Assembly (NCBI GenBank): GCA_047967505.1
Contig: CM106538.1
Reading direction: 5' to 3' (one strand)
Source: Dipteris shenzhenensis
Taxonomy: Eukaryota
Length of the DNA stretch: 64,000 nt
The position numbers and the translations under genes are program-made. Each line of letters begins with the position of its first letter. The first letter of the stretch is position 1. Positions 24,004 to 35,553 of this stretch are shown piece by piece. Under the pieces are notes generated by a model. The model searched no databases, was not told the origin of the DNA, and was given only the letters and a program-made list of their open reading frames with translations.

Positions 24004-24869
24004 TTAATCATGACATTCATGCACTATGAAAGATCACTTTCACTTTAGATATGTTGCTCAAAGATAGGACCATATGGAGAGCTTTTAATTCTCCTATGAC
24101 CACTAAAAGAACTGCTACTAAAGTGGAAGCCAAAAATCTTGTTGACTTTTGTACATGCTTGTGATAAAAGACAGAGGTGATGGCAAGCTTTAAGATAGTA
24201 AGGGACAAGTATCAAGACTACACAAGCATACTTTTCCATAGTGATGAAGTTTCTGATCAAATAACAAAAGTTTGTCTTGCATATGAAAAGGGAGATGTTG
24301 CATATGAGGCTCCATCATTTATTAAAGACAAAACAATTTAACATCTAATTCAGGTATGTAACATTGGTACCCATTTTAAGATTCCCTCAGAAATTCATTA
24401 AAATTATAACTTTTTCAAAAAAAGGTCATATTTTGCGTAGTGAAATTTTCAAAACTTTTTAAATTCTGTCAATTTTGGTACATAATGCCCGCAAATTAAT
24501 AAGGACCTCAACTACAAAACACAATATCAATGTATTTAGAAAACTTAGAAAGTGTAAGTTTTTTCCTTCCTTTGACCTTTTATTTTCGATAGAAAAACTA
24601 CATGATACAACTTTCATTCTTGCGTGTAGTAACATAACCTTATCAAAATTCTTAAGTTAAACTTTGTAGTATCACATAAACTACTGAAAGAATAAAAAAA
24701 TATCATCAAATTAATGGGAAAAAGTAAATGCCTCCTTCAAAACATTCAACGCATATGGATTCTCAAATGTCTTAAGAACACTTGTCTATTGAAACAATTT
24801 AGAATCACAAAATTATCAATATAATTCCATAATTGGAGTCTACTCAATTTTCCCATATGTGTCATCTAC

Positions 24870-27800
24870 ATCATCTTCATAACCATCCCCAACAACAAAT
24901 TAATGGGAAAAACTAAATGTTCAAAACATTCAAAGCATATGGATTCAACTGCAATTACATTTCGGCCCTTTTTTAAGGCACATGCTGTGACTGTGCTTGA
25001 ACCAACAACAAATAGATCGAGTATCCACTCATGCTCATTTGAAAATAGATCTATGAGCTGATTAATTGGGAGTTGTGGTTTTTGATAAAGGATTTACTAT
25101 CTCCCCATTCTTAGCTATGGTCACATGCCTAAGCTTCTTCGTCACAACTGGAATAATGAAATGATCACGAGCAAATGGAGCAAATGAAGGAAAATTGATG
25201 TGACCAATACTTTTTTTTCCATTGACAGACCAATACCCAACTAAAATGTTTTCTGTAGCAGATGTGAATCGATGTCCTTTCATTTGTCTCACATTGGGTT
25301 TCATCCTACCACATGCAACAAAAATAAGATTTAAATTTATCAACAGAATGACACTCATCACTGCCCCAGACTGCAAGTCTTAATGAAAACTTACGACACG
25401 CCAAAGTGTTGCCATCGTAATTGACATGAACTGGTCAAGAAGATCATTAGTTCTTTGTCTTTGTAAGGGACCTCATCAAAGGTGGATCCGGGAACATTAA
25501 ATCCATATGGTATGTCTGCAACAATGACCAACGTGTACTCATTATTTGGAACTATCTTTAACAATTCATTGCAATCTCCGGTGAGCACATGATAAAAGTT
25601 TGTTGGATGGTTTTCTCCCCTTTCAAACTCTAACATGTCATCACTAACAGTGATAGATTGTTGTTGCGTTTGATGCTCTTTTTCTTTTGCAGCCCGGTCA
25701 ATCAATTGCTTAAAGCTTGCAAGCATCATACTACTCTTAGATCCCTTCTTGCTTCATTTCTGAAGGTTGTTGTCAAAATAACAGTTCGATATTTTGAACA
25801 TTTCAAATCTAGAATTTGAAAGAAAATTTCCATTAACATATGTATACCAAATTTGACATACCATGCTTTTGAATACATTGAAATATGGAGCCAATCTCTC
25901 CATCCTACTACTCTCTGGATATTCCTCCCAAACAACATCCCTATCTAGCATGTTCAATTGCCGGATCATTGCTATTTGCATTCTCATGTATATTTTATGC
26001 CTGCATTGAAAACACATGTATAATTCATCTCAATTTTATAGTTGAAACAAAGTCTATTGAAACATTATTTGTTGTAAAGATATTAATGTAAAATCAAGGA
26101 GAGATATGATGCAAAGGAGAGAAGTTTACTTACTCATCAAATTCATTGCCCATTTCATCCAAAGAGAGATCCCTAGACACCACTTTGCCAAGCACAGACT
26201 TAATTATAATCTCATCATTAATTCCTTGCATGCTCTTCCATGTTGTGGCTCAAATCTCTTCAGGTAATGCCTTCAAGGTCTGGGTTTCTTTCTTGACTCC
26301 TTCAGGAATGAGTTTTTTCTGCCCTTTGATTTCAAAATTCTCCCACTTTGAAAAAGTTGCATTTATTTGATCCCAAACTTTGCCACTACAAAATGCAATT
26401 TGAAACATCCCATCCCATGATCTGAAGCTGTCAGTTGGCCTTGACGGATCTTTATTGTTTCAGAAATCCTAGCCTCATTCAACAAAGACAAGCGAAACTC
26501 GAGCGATCAAAGAATGTTCCTCTTTGAGTTTGGTAACGAACTCATTATGATAGAATCCAAGACATGGACTTCCTATAGTCATTGTCGTTATTGTGATCAA
26601 AAGCCAGTAAGTTTGCCTTCGCATTAGTCAAACCAGCATAAACTGTTCAATTACATGTCATGTAATGAGAGTTGCATGGAAAATCAATATTCAACTGCCT
26701 TTTTTCCTCTATTGAATGGGAGCCTCCAAGAACAATGTAGTTATAATCATTTGCTTTTTTACGATCAAAAGATGCCTTGTCAGAACAATCTTTTGGATCC
26801 ATGAGCACAATGTAGTTCACAACTTGTGCATGTGGATTGTCCTTCATTTCGTGTCTTCAAATTCTCAATATGGAAAGGATTTATTGCGTGCACCTCTAAT
26901 GGCTGAAGGCCAGTGCTAGGATCAATAGGAGGTCTGATAACATGATTGATGTGCAAGAAGAAAGTATGTCAATCCACAAGGTTATCTCATTGTACCTTTT
27001 CATGGACTCTATTTTGATGTGTATATGAGGTGCCATATCCAATATCAGCTCCTAGTACTTGTAGCTCACCACTAGTTGGGATTTCAATGATATCCAATGG
27101 TTGTACTCTCCTTGGATCCTTTGATCCCGGTTTACTCTGTTTTTCACTTGTGCAATAGATGAGAGTCTCCTCAACAACATCCTCATAAGACTCTAGAGGA
27201 AATGCACTTGCAGCCAATAGAGGTCATTTTTTAGGGTGCGGTGCGCTCAAACCATGCCCACTTGGGGGTGCACTCAATCCGTGATGGCCTGAAAGAGAAG
27301 ATGCTCTCAATCCATGTGAACCTGTGGGAGTTCTTAATCCTTGTGTACTAGAGCTAAATTTTACAGCTTCAACACAGGAAGATCCCTTTCCTTTTGATTT
27401 TGAAGAACCTATTGGTTTGATTGGTGATGTTGTGGTATCTTCTTCATAACCCTCCTCTATATGCTCCTCAGAATCACTATTGGAAGTTGTACCTCCATCT
27501 CCTTGATTATTTCATCAACCTCCACAATTTGATTTATCAAGTGATAAATAAGATCCTAGACACACAAAACAAAATTGAATCTCATAGTATTTAAAAGAAA
27601 ATTACCTAAACATAGAAAATTAGAAATTACTTATGGATAGTAACTAACCTTCCCTTCTTCTTTGATTTGTTTTAATTGTTCCACTACAACAGGTGGAGTA
27701 ATAGCTTTCAAAGAGAAATTCTCCTCTATAACAATACAAACAATAGGTTTTCTATTGTTATCAATCCCAAGCATTTCAACACTTTTCTCATTGGACTCAC

Positions 27801-28204
27801 TTCTTGCGATATCTTTAATCTTTATTATTGGCTTAAAAACTGATCTTCCAGTGGGAAGTGTATTTGGAAGCAACAGCCATTTCATCCATATCAGTGTCAA
27901 CTTTGATTGTCCATTTTGAATCAATGTTATTGTGTACTTCCGCTATGTCCCATAATTTTTGAATTTGCAACGAACCTTCATCAAAAGGAGCAAAAACATC
28001 ATAAATCCGCTGAAGCTATTGCACCTCAAGACTTGGATCCTTGGCACTTTTCTTTGGTTCCTTAATGCCTTTCTTTTCCATCCTTATCTTTTGGATCCTA
28101 GTGGAAGCATCCTCCGATGTGGGCTTTCCAAAGACATGGATTTCTCCAAAATTTTGTTTGTTTGACATGATACCTGGGTCATTGTTTGCTTGGGTGTAGC
28201 CATT
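24870..28204 (-). pseudogene. ParB-like domain fused to a beta-class DNA amino-methyltransferase (N6_N4_Mtase-like); intron-containing, decayed
   Basis: VLTGDCNELLK...VADIPYG (motif X/IV, DIPY near 25502-25519) precedes NP/YQKP...LIDLFSNEHEWILDLFVVGSSTVTACALKKGRNVIAVE (motif I region, about 24945-25095). Upstream YIVLGGSHS (about 26710-26740) resembles the ParB/Srx GxHR motif. GT-AG introns at 27648-27556, 26133-26001 and 25861-25760. Confidence 0.85.
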
Positions 28205-28669
28205 TTTGGTGAGGTTCAGGGATTTTCTATGTATGGGTATCTTGCATGACCCATAACTTATGCATGCTCAACGGAATTCAACAAACTTTGTCTTCAAGTT
28301 GTAGTACACATTCCAAACTTGAACATGAGAGCAAAAAATTATGGAATAAGGATTTGGAACGAGAACATTAAAGCATTACAAGTGCTATGTTGCATGTGAA
28401 GCATGCATCCTAAAGACTATAGGATATAGCAATTTATTCAAAAACATCAAAATTTTGTTCTATACATACATGCAACCAAGTGGATTCCCCACACATTACA
28501 TTGATGAATATCATAGGTTAGTTGTATGATAGATAAAATTAGAGGAGGTAGGCACTAGCAAACGAAATGCATTTTTGTTGGTTTAGGATTAATTGCAACC
28601 CCCACAAAATATAACCTTTATAAATCCCATGAGGGGCCATCTAGTTCATAGGACACCCAGATTAGCATT

Positions 28670-28788
28670 TTTTGATGATCGAGAAATTCTCCCATGGCAA
28701 CCATCTAATAGTACATCATGGCTAGACGATGATGTATATGACCTCCTACGCTAGGCTAGGCTACCAGAGCAAAGTTGGGTGTATGTGC
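28670..28788. repeat. First unit of a 160-bp tandem array interrupted by copia A
   Basis: AAATTCTCCCATGGCAACCATCTAAT...GGTGTATGTGC, continued at 34672. Confidence 0.85.
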
Positions 28789-31700
28789 TGAGAGTGCTCT
28801 CAATGGAAGCAAGAACAGAAGAAGGAGAGAGAGAGAGAGAGGGAGACAGAGAGCCACACAAGTTTTGGTGGGTGCAGAACCACCCTAATCTTCTTTTTCA
28901 TTCATTTATATATATGTGTTTGAGTATTGTACATAACTAGGGTTAAGGCACAGTGACCTCTAACCCCACAACCTCCCACTTAAAGGACAATGTGCCTTTA
29001 AGGGAGAACAACTAGTGAGCATACTATCCAATGCCCATCAATACACGACAATACTCAAACCGCTGACTAGGTAGACTCTTCGTCAGCATATCTGCAGGGT
29101 TATCATCTATATGAACCTTGACAAGCTCTATGCGCTTGTCCTCAAGTACCTCCCTGATGAAATGGTACCTGACCTCAATGTGTTTGGTCTTTTGCATGAA
29201 AGACCGGATTCCGTGCTAGCTGAATAGCACTCATGGAATCACTATGCAATGTTGGTACACCTGTATGAATCCCCAAATCTCCCACTAGCCGATCAAGCCA
29301 TATAGCCTCCTTGCAACCCTCTGTGGCTGCAACATACTCAGCCTCTGTGGTAGACAAAGCAACGCACTTCTGTGTGCGAGACATCCACGACACTGCACCA
29401 CCTGCAAAGGTGAACACATAACCAGAAGTGGATCTCCTACTATCCACATGCCCTGCATAGTCTGAATCTGTGTACCCAAGTACACGCATGTCTCCTTTAC
29501 CAAAGAAAATGCACATCTCCTTGGTACCCTTCATGTACCTCATGATGCACTTAACTGCCTCCCAATGCCTCTTTCTCGGATTAGCCATATACCGGCTAAC
29601 AACTCCCACTGCAAATGCAATGTCTGGTCTAGTAGCTATCATAGCATACATAAGACTCCCAACTGCTGATGCATAAGGAACCATGGCCATCATGGCCTTT
29701 TCCTCATCTGATTTGGGACTATCTGTATGACTCAGTTTCACATATGGAGGCAATGGAGTACTCACTGCCTTCCCCCCCTCCATATTGAAACGTTGCAATA
29801 CTTTTGTAACATACTCTTTTTGTGAAAGCCAAAGGAGTTTCCTACTCCGATCACGCATGATGCACATACCAAGAATATGACCTGCAAATCCCAAATCCTT
29901 CATATCAAAGGCCTCATGCAACTTGGCCTTTAATGCATCTAGCTCATAAGTATTCTTGCTAGCCAATAGCATATCATCCACATATAGTGCCAGGATTATC
30001 AGGCTACTATCTTTACCCCTTTTAGTGTAGAGGCAGTGTTCAATTTCACTCCTTCTAAAACCCTGGGACCGAATGAAAGCATCAAACTTCTGATACCATT
30101 CTCTAGGTGCTTGCTTAAGACCATAGAGACTCTTCTTCAGTTTGCAAACTAAATGCTCTTTGCCCTTTTCTTCAAAGCCTTCCGGCTGCACCATGTAAAT
30201 TTCCTCATGCAAATCCCCATGCAAGAAAGCTGTCTTGACATCCATTTGCATAAGCTCCATATCCTCTACTGCCACTAGTCCAAGCATGCATCTAGGTGTG
30301 GTCATCTTCACAACCGGAGAGAATATCTCATCAAATTCCACACCCTTCTCTTGCTTGAACCCTTTAGCAACCAATCGGGCCTTGTACCTAGGCACATCAT
30401 CACCTGTGACCTTCATTTTGTAGACCCATTTACATGGCAATGCTTTCTTTCCATGTGGCAAAGAAACCAAGTCCCAAGTCTTATTCTTCATAAGTGAACT
30501 CATCTCTGATTGCATAGCATACTCCCACTTGTGTTGATCCTCATGCATCATAGCCTCTTTGTAGCAAGAAGGCTCCCCGCAATCAGTAAGCATCACATAG
30601 TCTACCCCTGGAACAAACCTATCAGGCGGTCTAGACACTCTAGATGATCTTCTCAATGGCATTTCAGCTTGCTGTCCCACTTGCATATCAGCCACATTTG
30701 GCTCATCATTTCCACCAATAGATGATCCATCATCTACCCTTGATTGTATATTTGTGGGAGTAGTTGGTGGTACCATTTCTTGCACATTTGGTGCATGGAC
30801 AGCTTGCTGTCTATCAACATATGCAGGTGGATTCACATCCTGGAAAGTGATTCTCCTCATTTCCACATCCCTCATGGGTGCCTTATGCATCTTCTTCTCA
30901 TTGAAGACCACATCATGGCTGCGTATGATCTTCTTTGCTTCTGGATCCCAGAGACGATAGCCCATCTCTCCACTTTCACCATAACCTAGAAAGATGCATT
31001 TCCTAGACTTAGGATCTAGCTTCTCTCGAAGCTCTTTTGGCACATGTGCATATGCCTCACACCCAAATATACGCAAATGAGAGTAAGAGGGCTTCTTTCC
31101 ACTCCATGCCTCTTCAGGAACCACCATCCAAACGCTTACTAGGTGATCTATTGATCACATGCACTGCAGTCTTCATTGCCTCAGCCCAAAAACCACGAGA
31201 AAGACTTGCATTGGAAAGCATGCGTTGCAACCTTTCTTGAATGGTACGGTTCATCTTTTCTGCAACTGGATTTTGCTCTGGAGTATGAGGGGATGTGAGC
31301 TCCCTCTTAATCCCACGTGTATCACAGAAATGCTAAAAGTCATGAGAGAGATACTCTCCACCATTGTCAGTCCGTAGGCATTTAAGCGTTCTACCTGACT
31401 GATTCTCAACCAAGGCCAGCCATTTCTGAAATACCTGGAACACATCACTCTTCCGAGCTATAGCATAAGCCCACACTTTCCTAGTTGCATCATCAATGAA
31501 TGTCACATAGTATTTAGCCCCGCCTAATGACCGTGTAGGCATGGGACCACATACGTCTGAATGCACCAAATCAAGCATTTCAAACTCTTTCTTTCCCCTT
31601 CTTTTATGGGCTGATTTAGTCTGCTTCCCATAGAGACAATGCTCACAAAATTCAAAATCAGAGAAATTCAAATGCGGTACATAACCCAAATGGCATAAGA

Positions 31701-34671
31701 GTTTCATTCCATTCTGGCTCATGTGCCGCAACCTGCAATGCCACAAAGAAGTGCTTGGCTGCTCGGTTATTGCAACAACATGATCAAATACCCCTGATAC
31801 ATGTAAGGGATACAAAGTCCCACACTTGGCACCCCTGGCCAAAAGCATAGAGCCCTTCTGAATTTTCCAACTTTGAAAGCCAAAAGTGGTGTGAAAACTA
31901 GCATCATCTAGCTGACCCACTGAAATAAGACTCTTGGTCAGCTTAGGCACATGTCTCACATGTTTCAAAACAAATGCAGACCCATGTGCAAAAGAAAACT
32001 TTATGTCACCTACTCCCACTATGTCACATGCATAGTCATTTCCAAGATGCACACAACCTGTCTTTCCACTATCATAAGTGGAGAACCATTCCCTATGGGG
32101 AGTAACATGGAATGAAGCACCAGAATCCAAAATCCAATCCTGGGAATATGCATCATCTGAAGTGGTAAGCAACTCTGCAGATAAACTAGACATGAAGAGA
32201 ATGTCATTGTCACTATCATGTGTGACTGCATTGATCTCCTCGATCTTCACTTTTCCTTTGTCCTCCCTTGGACTCTCTTCCTTTTGATTTGCACCCCAAT
32301 TTGCATTCTTTTTCTTATCCCTTTGCTCTCTTTTTAGCTTGTAGCAATCCTTTTTCATATGGCCCTTCTTGCCACAATGGTAACACTCAATGTTCCGTGC
32401 CCTGGATTTGCTACATGACTTCACTCTTTCTTGGGACTTCCCCCTGAACTGTGATCTGCCCCTTTGTTGCCATCCATAGACTTCTGTCTAATCTCCTCGG
32501 CCAACAAGCTACCCACAACATCATCAAATTTCAGTACTCCACCAGGTGCAGAGTTACTAACAGCTGTACGGAAGGTATCCCATGAGGATGGCAATGAACA
32601 TAAGAGAAATATTGCCTTAGTCTCCGCATCAAAATTCATTTTCTGAGCCTAAAGTTGGTTGAAAATAATATTGAATTCATTCAAGTGAGAAGCAATGGAG
32701 ACCCCTTCCTTCATCTGCAGCTCAAACAACTTGTTCATGAGGTAAACTTTATTAGAGGCAGTTTCCTTCTCATAAGTGGCACACAGTTTTTTCCATAAAT
32801 CCTCCGTAGTCTGCTCATTTACTACTGTGAAATAAACTGACTCTGCAAGATGAAGTCTAATAGTAGACTTTGCTAATACATCCAACTCATTCCAATCATC
32901 CTCAGACATATCTGCAGGCTTAGCTTCAATCCCTGCCAAGGGTTTAATCTGCTTCTTTTGAATAAGCACATCCCTTATTTGTTCTTTCCACAAAGAAAAG
33001 TTTGTCCCATCAAACTTTTTAATGCTGAAAAACTCCTTTTCAGACATGGAAGAGGATGCCATGATGCAAATAAAGCAAAATCCCAAATGCTAGTGCCTGC
33101 AAGAGAGAATCACACCAAATACTAGGTGCACCCAAATGTGTATGCCACAATAGTGTGAAATATCACCAAAACTCAAAGCTCAAAGCATCAAAAGATGCAT
33201 CTGACTCATGTGCATATACTATGCATCCATATGAGCAAATCTGGCCCAAAATAAAATGCCAATAAGTGCCAAATGACATTGTCCACTGGCATATGCATCA
33301 ATAATGTCTCATCCAAGAGAGCATAGCACTATCAGTGCATCACCAACAATGTGTCAAAGCTGTCCGTCAGCATAAAATATCATCCATGTGCAAAGCGTCC
33401 ATAAAAAATAGCATCCCACAAGGCAATTTGGGCCTATCAGTGCATTCAACAAGGACCGCAATGCATCCAAATGGCCTATAAATCATCCACTGCAACCCAA
33501 TGCATACCGCGAATGAGCGCACACTGCTCAAACTGCAACCAGAGTGATCTGCATAAGGTATGCTCAAGAAATCATAATCCCACGGTAATGAGCGCTACTG
33601 AAAATAGAACTTGAGATGCTTCAAAACATGGGCGCCATTGCATAATCGGACTCAACAAGAAAATCTGCAAATATCTCTCTTTTGCTAGAACTCCAAAATC
33701 CCAACCGATGAGTGAGAAATGGGAGTCAATACTTATCCACTGCCATGTGGCATAAATCTAAGGTTTCAAAACCTTAGTATGAAAAATGCATAACAGAGAC
33801 ACGAAATCGAATACACAGAGATTTATAACTCTGAAAATCCTTCACCGAATCGCGCAAGAACTGATAGGTAGGGGTTTTTGGGCATCCGGAACGCAATGGG
33901 ACAGACGGTTTTGGAAACCGTGGTCTCAATCATTGGGTCGAACACACGGACTGAAAAACGTTTTTTGAAACAGAGCTATCTGTAAACTCCACCGGAGTGC
34001 GAATGATGAGCAACATAGAAGTTTTAGGACCTCCTGAGTCCATTGGAACTGACAGATCTGCAAATGGTTGCTCCAAACTTGAGTTCCAACACCCGGGCAA
34101 AAAACGCAGAAACTGACACAGTGAGTCAGAAATCCAATGAAATGATCCCAGATTTAAGAATAAAGGTGTTTCCAGGCTCTTGAAGTAATGTGGACACCAA
34201 AAGCAAGCAATAGTTGCCTCTACAAGTCAATACGGAGTCTCTGTCATCGAACGGAACAGGGAAAAGCTCAAAAAACGACTTTTTCTTTGAAAGCTCTTAA
34301 CAGGCTCTCAAAACCATTTCGCAAAGCCAAAGTGACTTTTCCAAATGTTCCTCCAAGGTCTCTGCACACTCGGATGCAAGTAAAGTCGCCCACAAAGCTT
34401 CCCACAGAGCTTCTCCTTCCTCTCACAGAGCTGCTGAGCTTCAAGCATTCACGCACGCTCAGCTAGATCACCCGGGCTTTGATACCAGTTGAGAGTGCTC
34501 TCAACGGAAGCAAGAACGGAAGAAGGAGAGAGAGAGAGAGAGGGAGACAGAGAGCCACACAAGTTTTGGTGGGTGCAGAACCACCCTAATCTTCTTTTTC
34601 ATTCATTTATATATATGTGTTTGAGTATTGTACATAACTGGGGTTAAGGCACAGTGACCTTTAACCGCACA
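28789..34671 (-). mobile_element. Full-length Ty1/copia LTR retrotransposon, family A (5883 bp)
   Basis: 182-bp LTRs at 28789-28970 and 34490-34671 (5 mismatches counted); TSD TGTGC on both sides; PBS TGGTATCAAAGC (tRNA-iMet type) at 34476-34487; PPT at 28971-28982. Confidence 0.97.
29025..33062 (-). pseudogene. gag-pol: copia A gag-pol (gag, CCHC, protease, integrase, RT, RNase H) with stops and frameshifts
   Basis: KFDGTNFSLWK, CYHCGKKGHMKKDC, WILDSGASFH, VHSDVCGP, LRTDNGGEY, QMDVKTAFLHG, LYVDDML and TDSDYAG, spread over ORFs 32649-33086, 32421-32639, 31333-32424 and 29175-31127. Confidence 0.95.
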
Positions 34672-35278
34672 TGTGCCACCACTCCTCCCTCCTCATTCCA
34701 TTGAATTATTATGATATTCTTGGCTCCGATGATCGATAAATTCTCCCATGGCAACCATCTAATCACACATCATGGCTAGACGATGATGTATATGATCACC
34801 TACACTAGGATGGGCTATCAAAAAAGCTGGGTGTATGTGCCACCGCTCCTCCCCCCTCATCCCATTGAATTATTATGATCTTGGCTCGGATGACTGAGAA
34901 ATTCTCCCACGGCAACCATCTAATTGCACGTCATGGCCAGTCGATGATGTATATGACTGCCTACGCTAGGCTAGCTACTAGCAAAGCTAGGTGTATGTGC
35001 CATTGCTCCTCCCCCCTCATCCTATTGAATTATCATGATCTTGGCTTCGATGACCAAGAAATTCTAGCATGGCAACCATCTAATCGCGCGTCATGGCTAG
35101 ACGATGATGTAGATGACTACCTACACTAGGCAAGAAAATCCAACTGGTGGATTGTGTGCTCTTAGCATCGATAGGCACCCAAAGTTGCACATCTAACACA
35201 AGATCTTGGCTCTGATGATCAAGAAATTATAGCATTGGAACCATCTAATCGCATGTCAGGATGATGTAGATGACTGCT
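34672..35278. repeat. 160-bp tandem array (about 4 further units, decaying rightwards)
   Basis: AAATTCTCCCATGGCAACCATCTAAT-like motif at about 34738, 34899, 35059 and 35224. Confidence 0.88.
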
Positions 35279-35553
35279 TGTTGAGAATTCACGCTCAAAA
35301 TCATGTGATCACGTGTGCATAGCAGCACCATCATGTGATCATATGTGCATAACACTAACCCAATAGAGTGCTATAAAGGAAAGGGTTAGATCCCCTAACA
35401 TTAACCCTAAATGGGTTTGTATATATAATTCTATTTTTTCAACTAAATCTAGAGTACAGTTAGTCATTTGTGGTGTGCTCTCTAGCTGTGCCCTCTCTCC
35501 TCATGTCCACTCTTCTCCTCTCCCCTCTTCATATTTTGTCATGGTATTAGAGC
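35279..35553 (+). mobile_element. Orphan 5' LTR (35279-35541) + iMet-type PBS of another LTR element; degenerate internal region follows to about 37780
   Basis: TGTTG...TGTCA followed directly by TGGTATTAGAGC; TATA-like and CT-rich U5-like sequence. Confidence 0.75.

Noticed and set aside
23071-24048. LS- and RE-repeat ORFs
   Set aside because: Translations of a (GA)n microsatellite.
24870-28204. Bacterial or phage contamination, or a restriction-modification operon
   Set aside because: The gene has GT-AG introns, is decayed and locally duplicated, is embedded among plant TEs, and has no adjacent endonuclease or phage genes.
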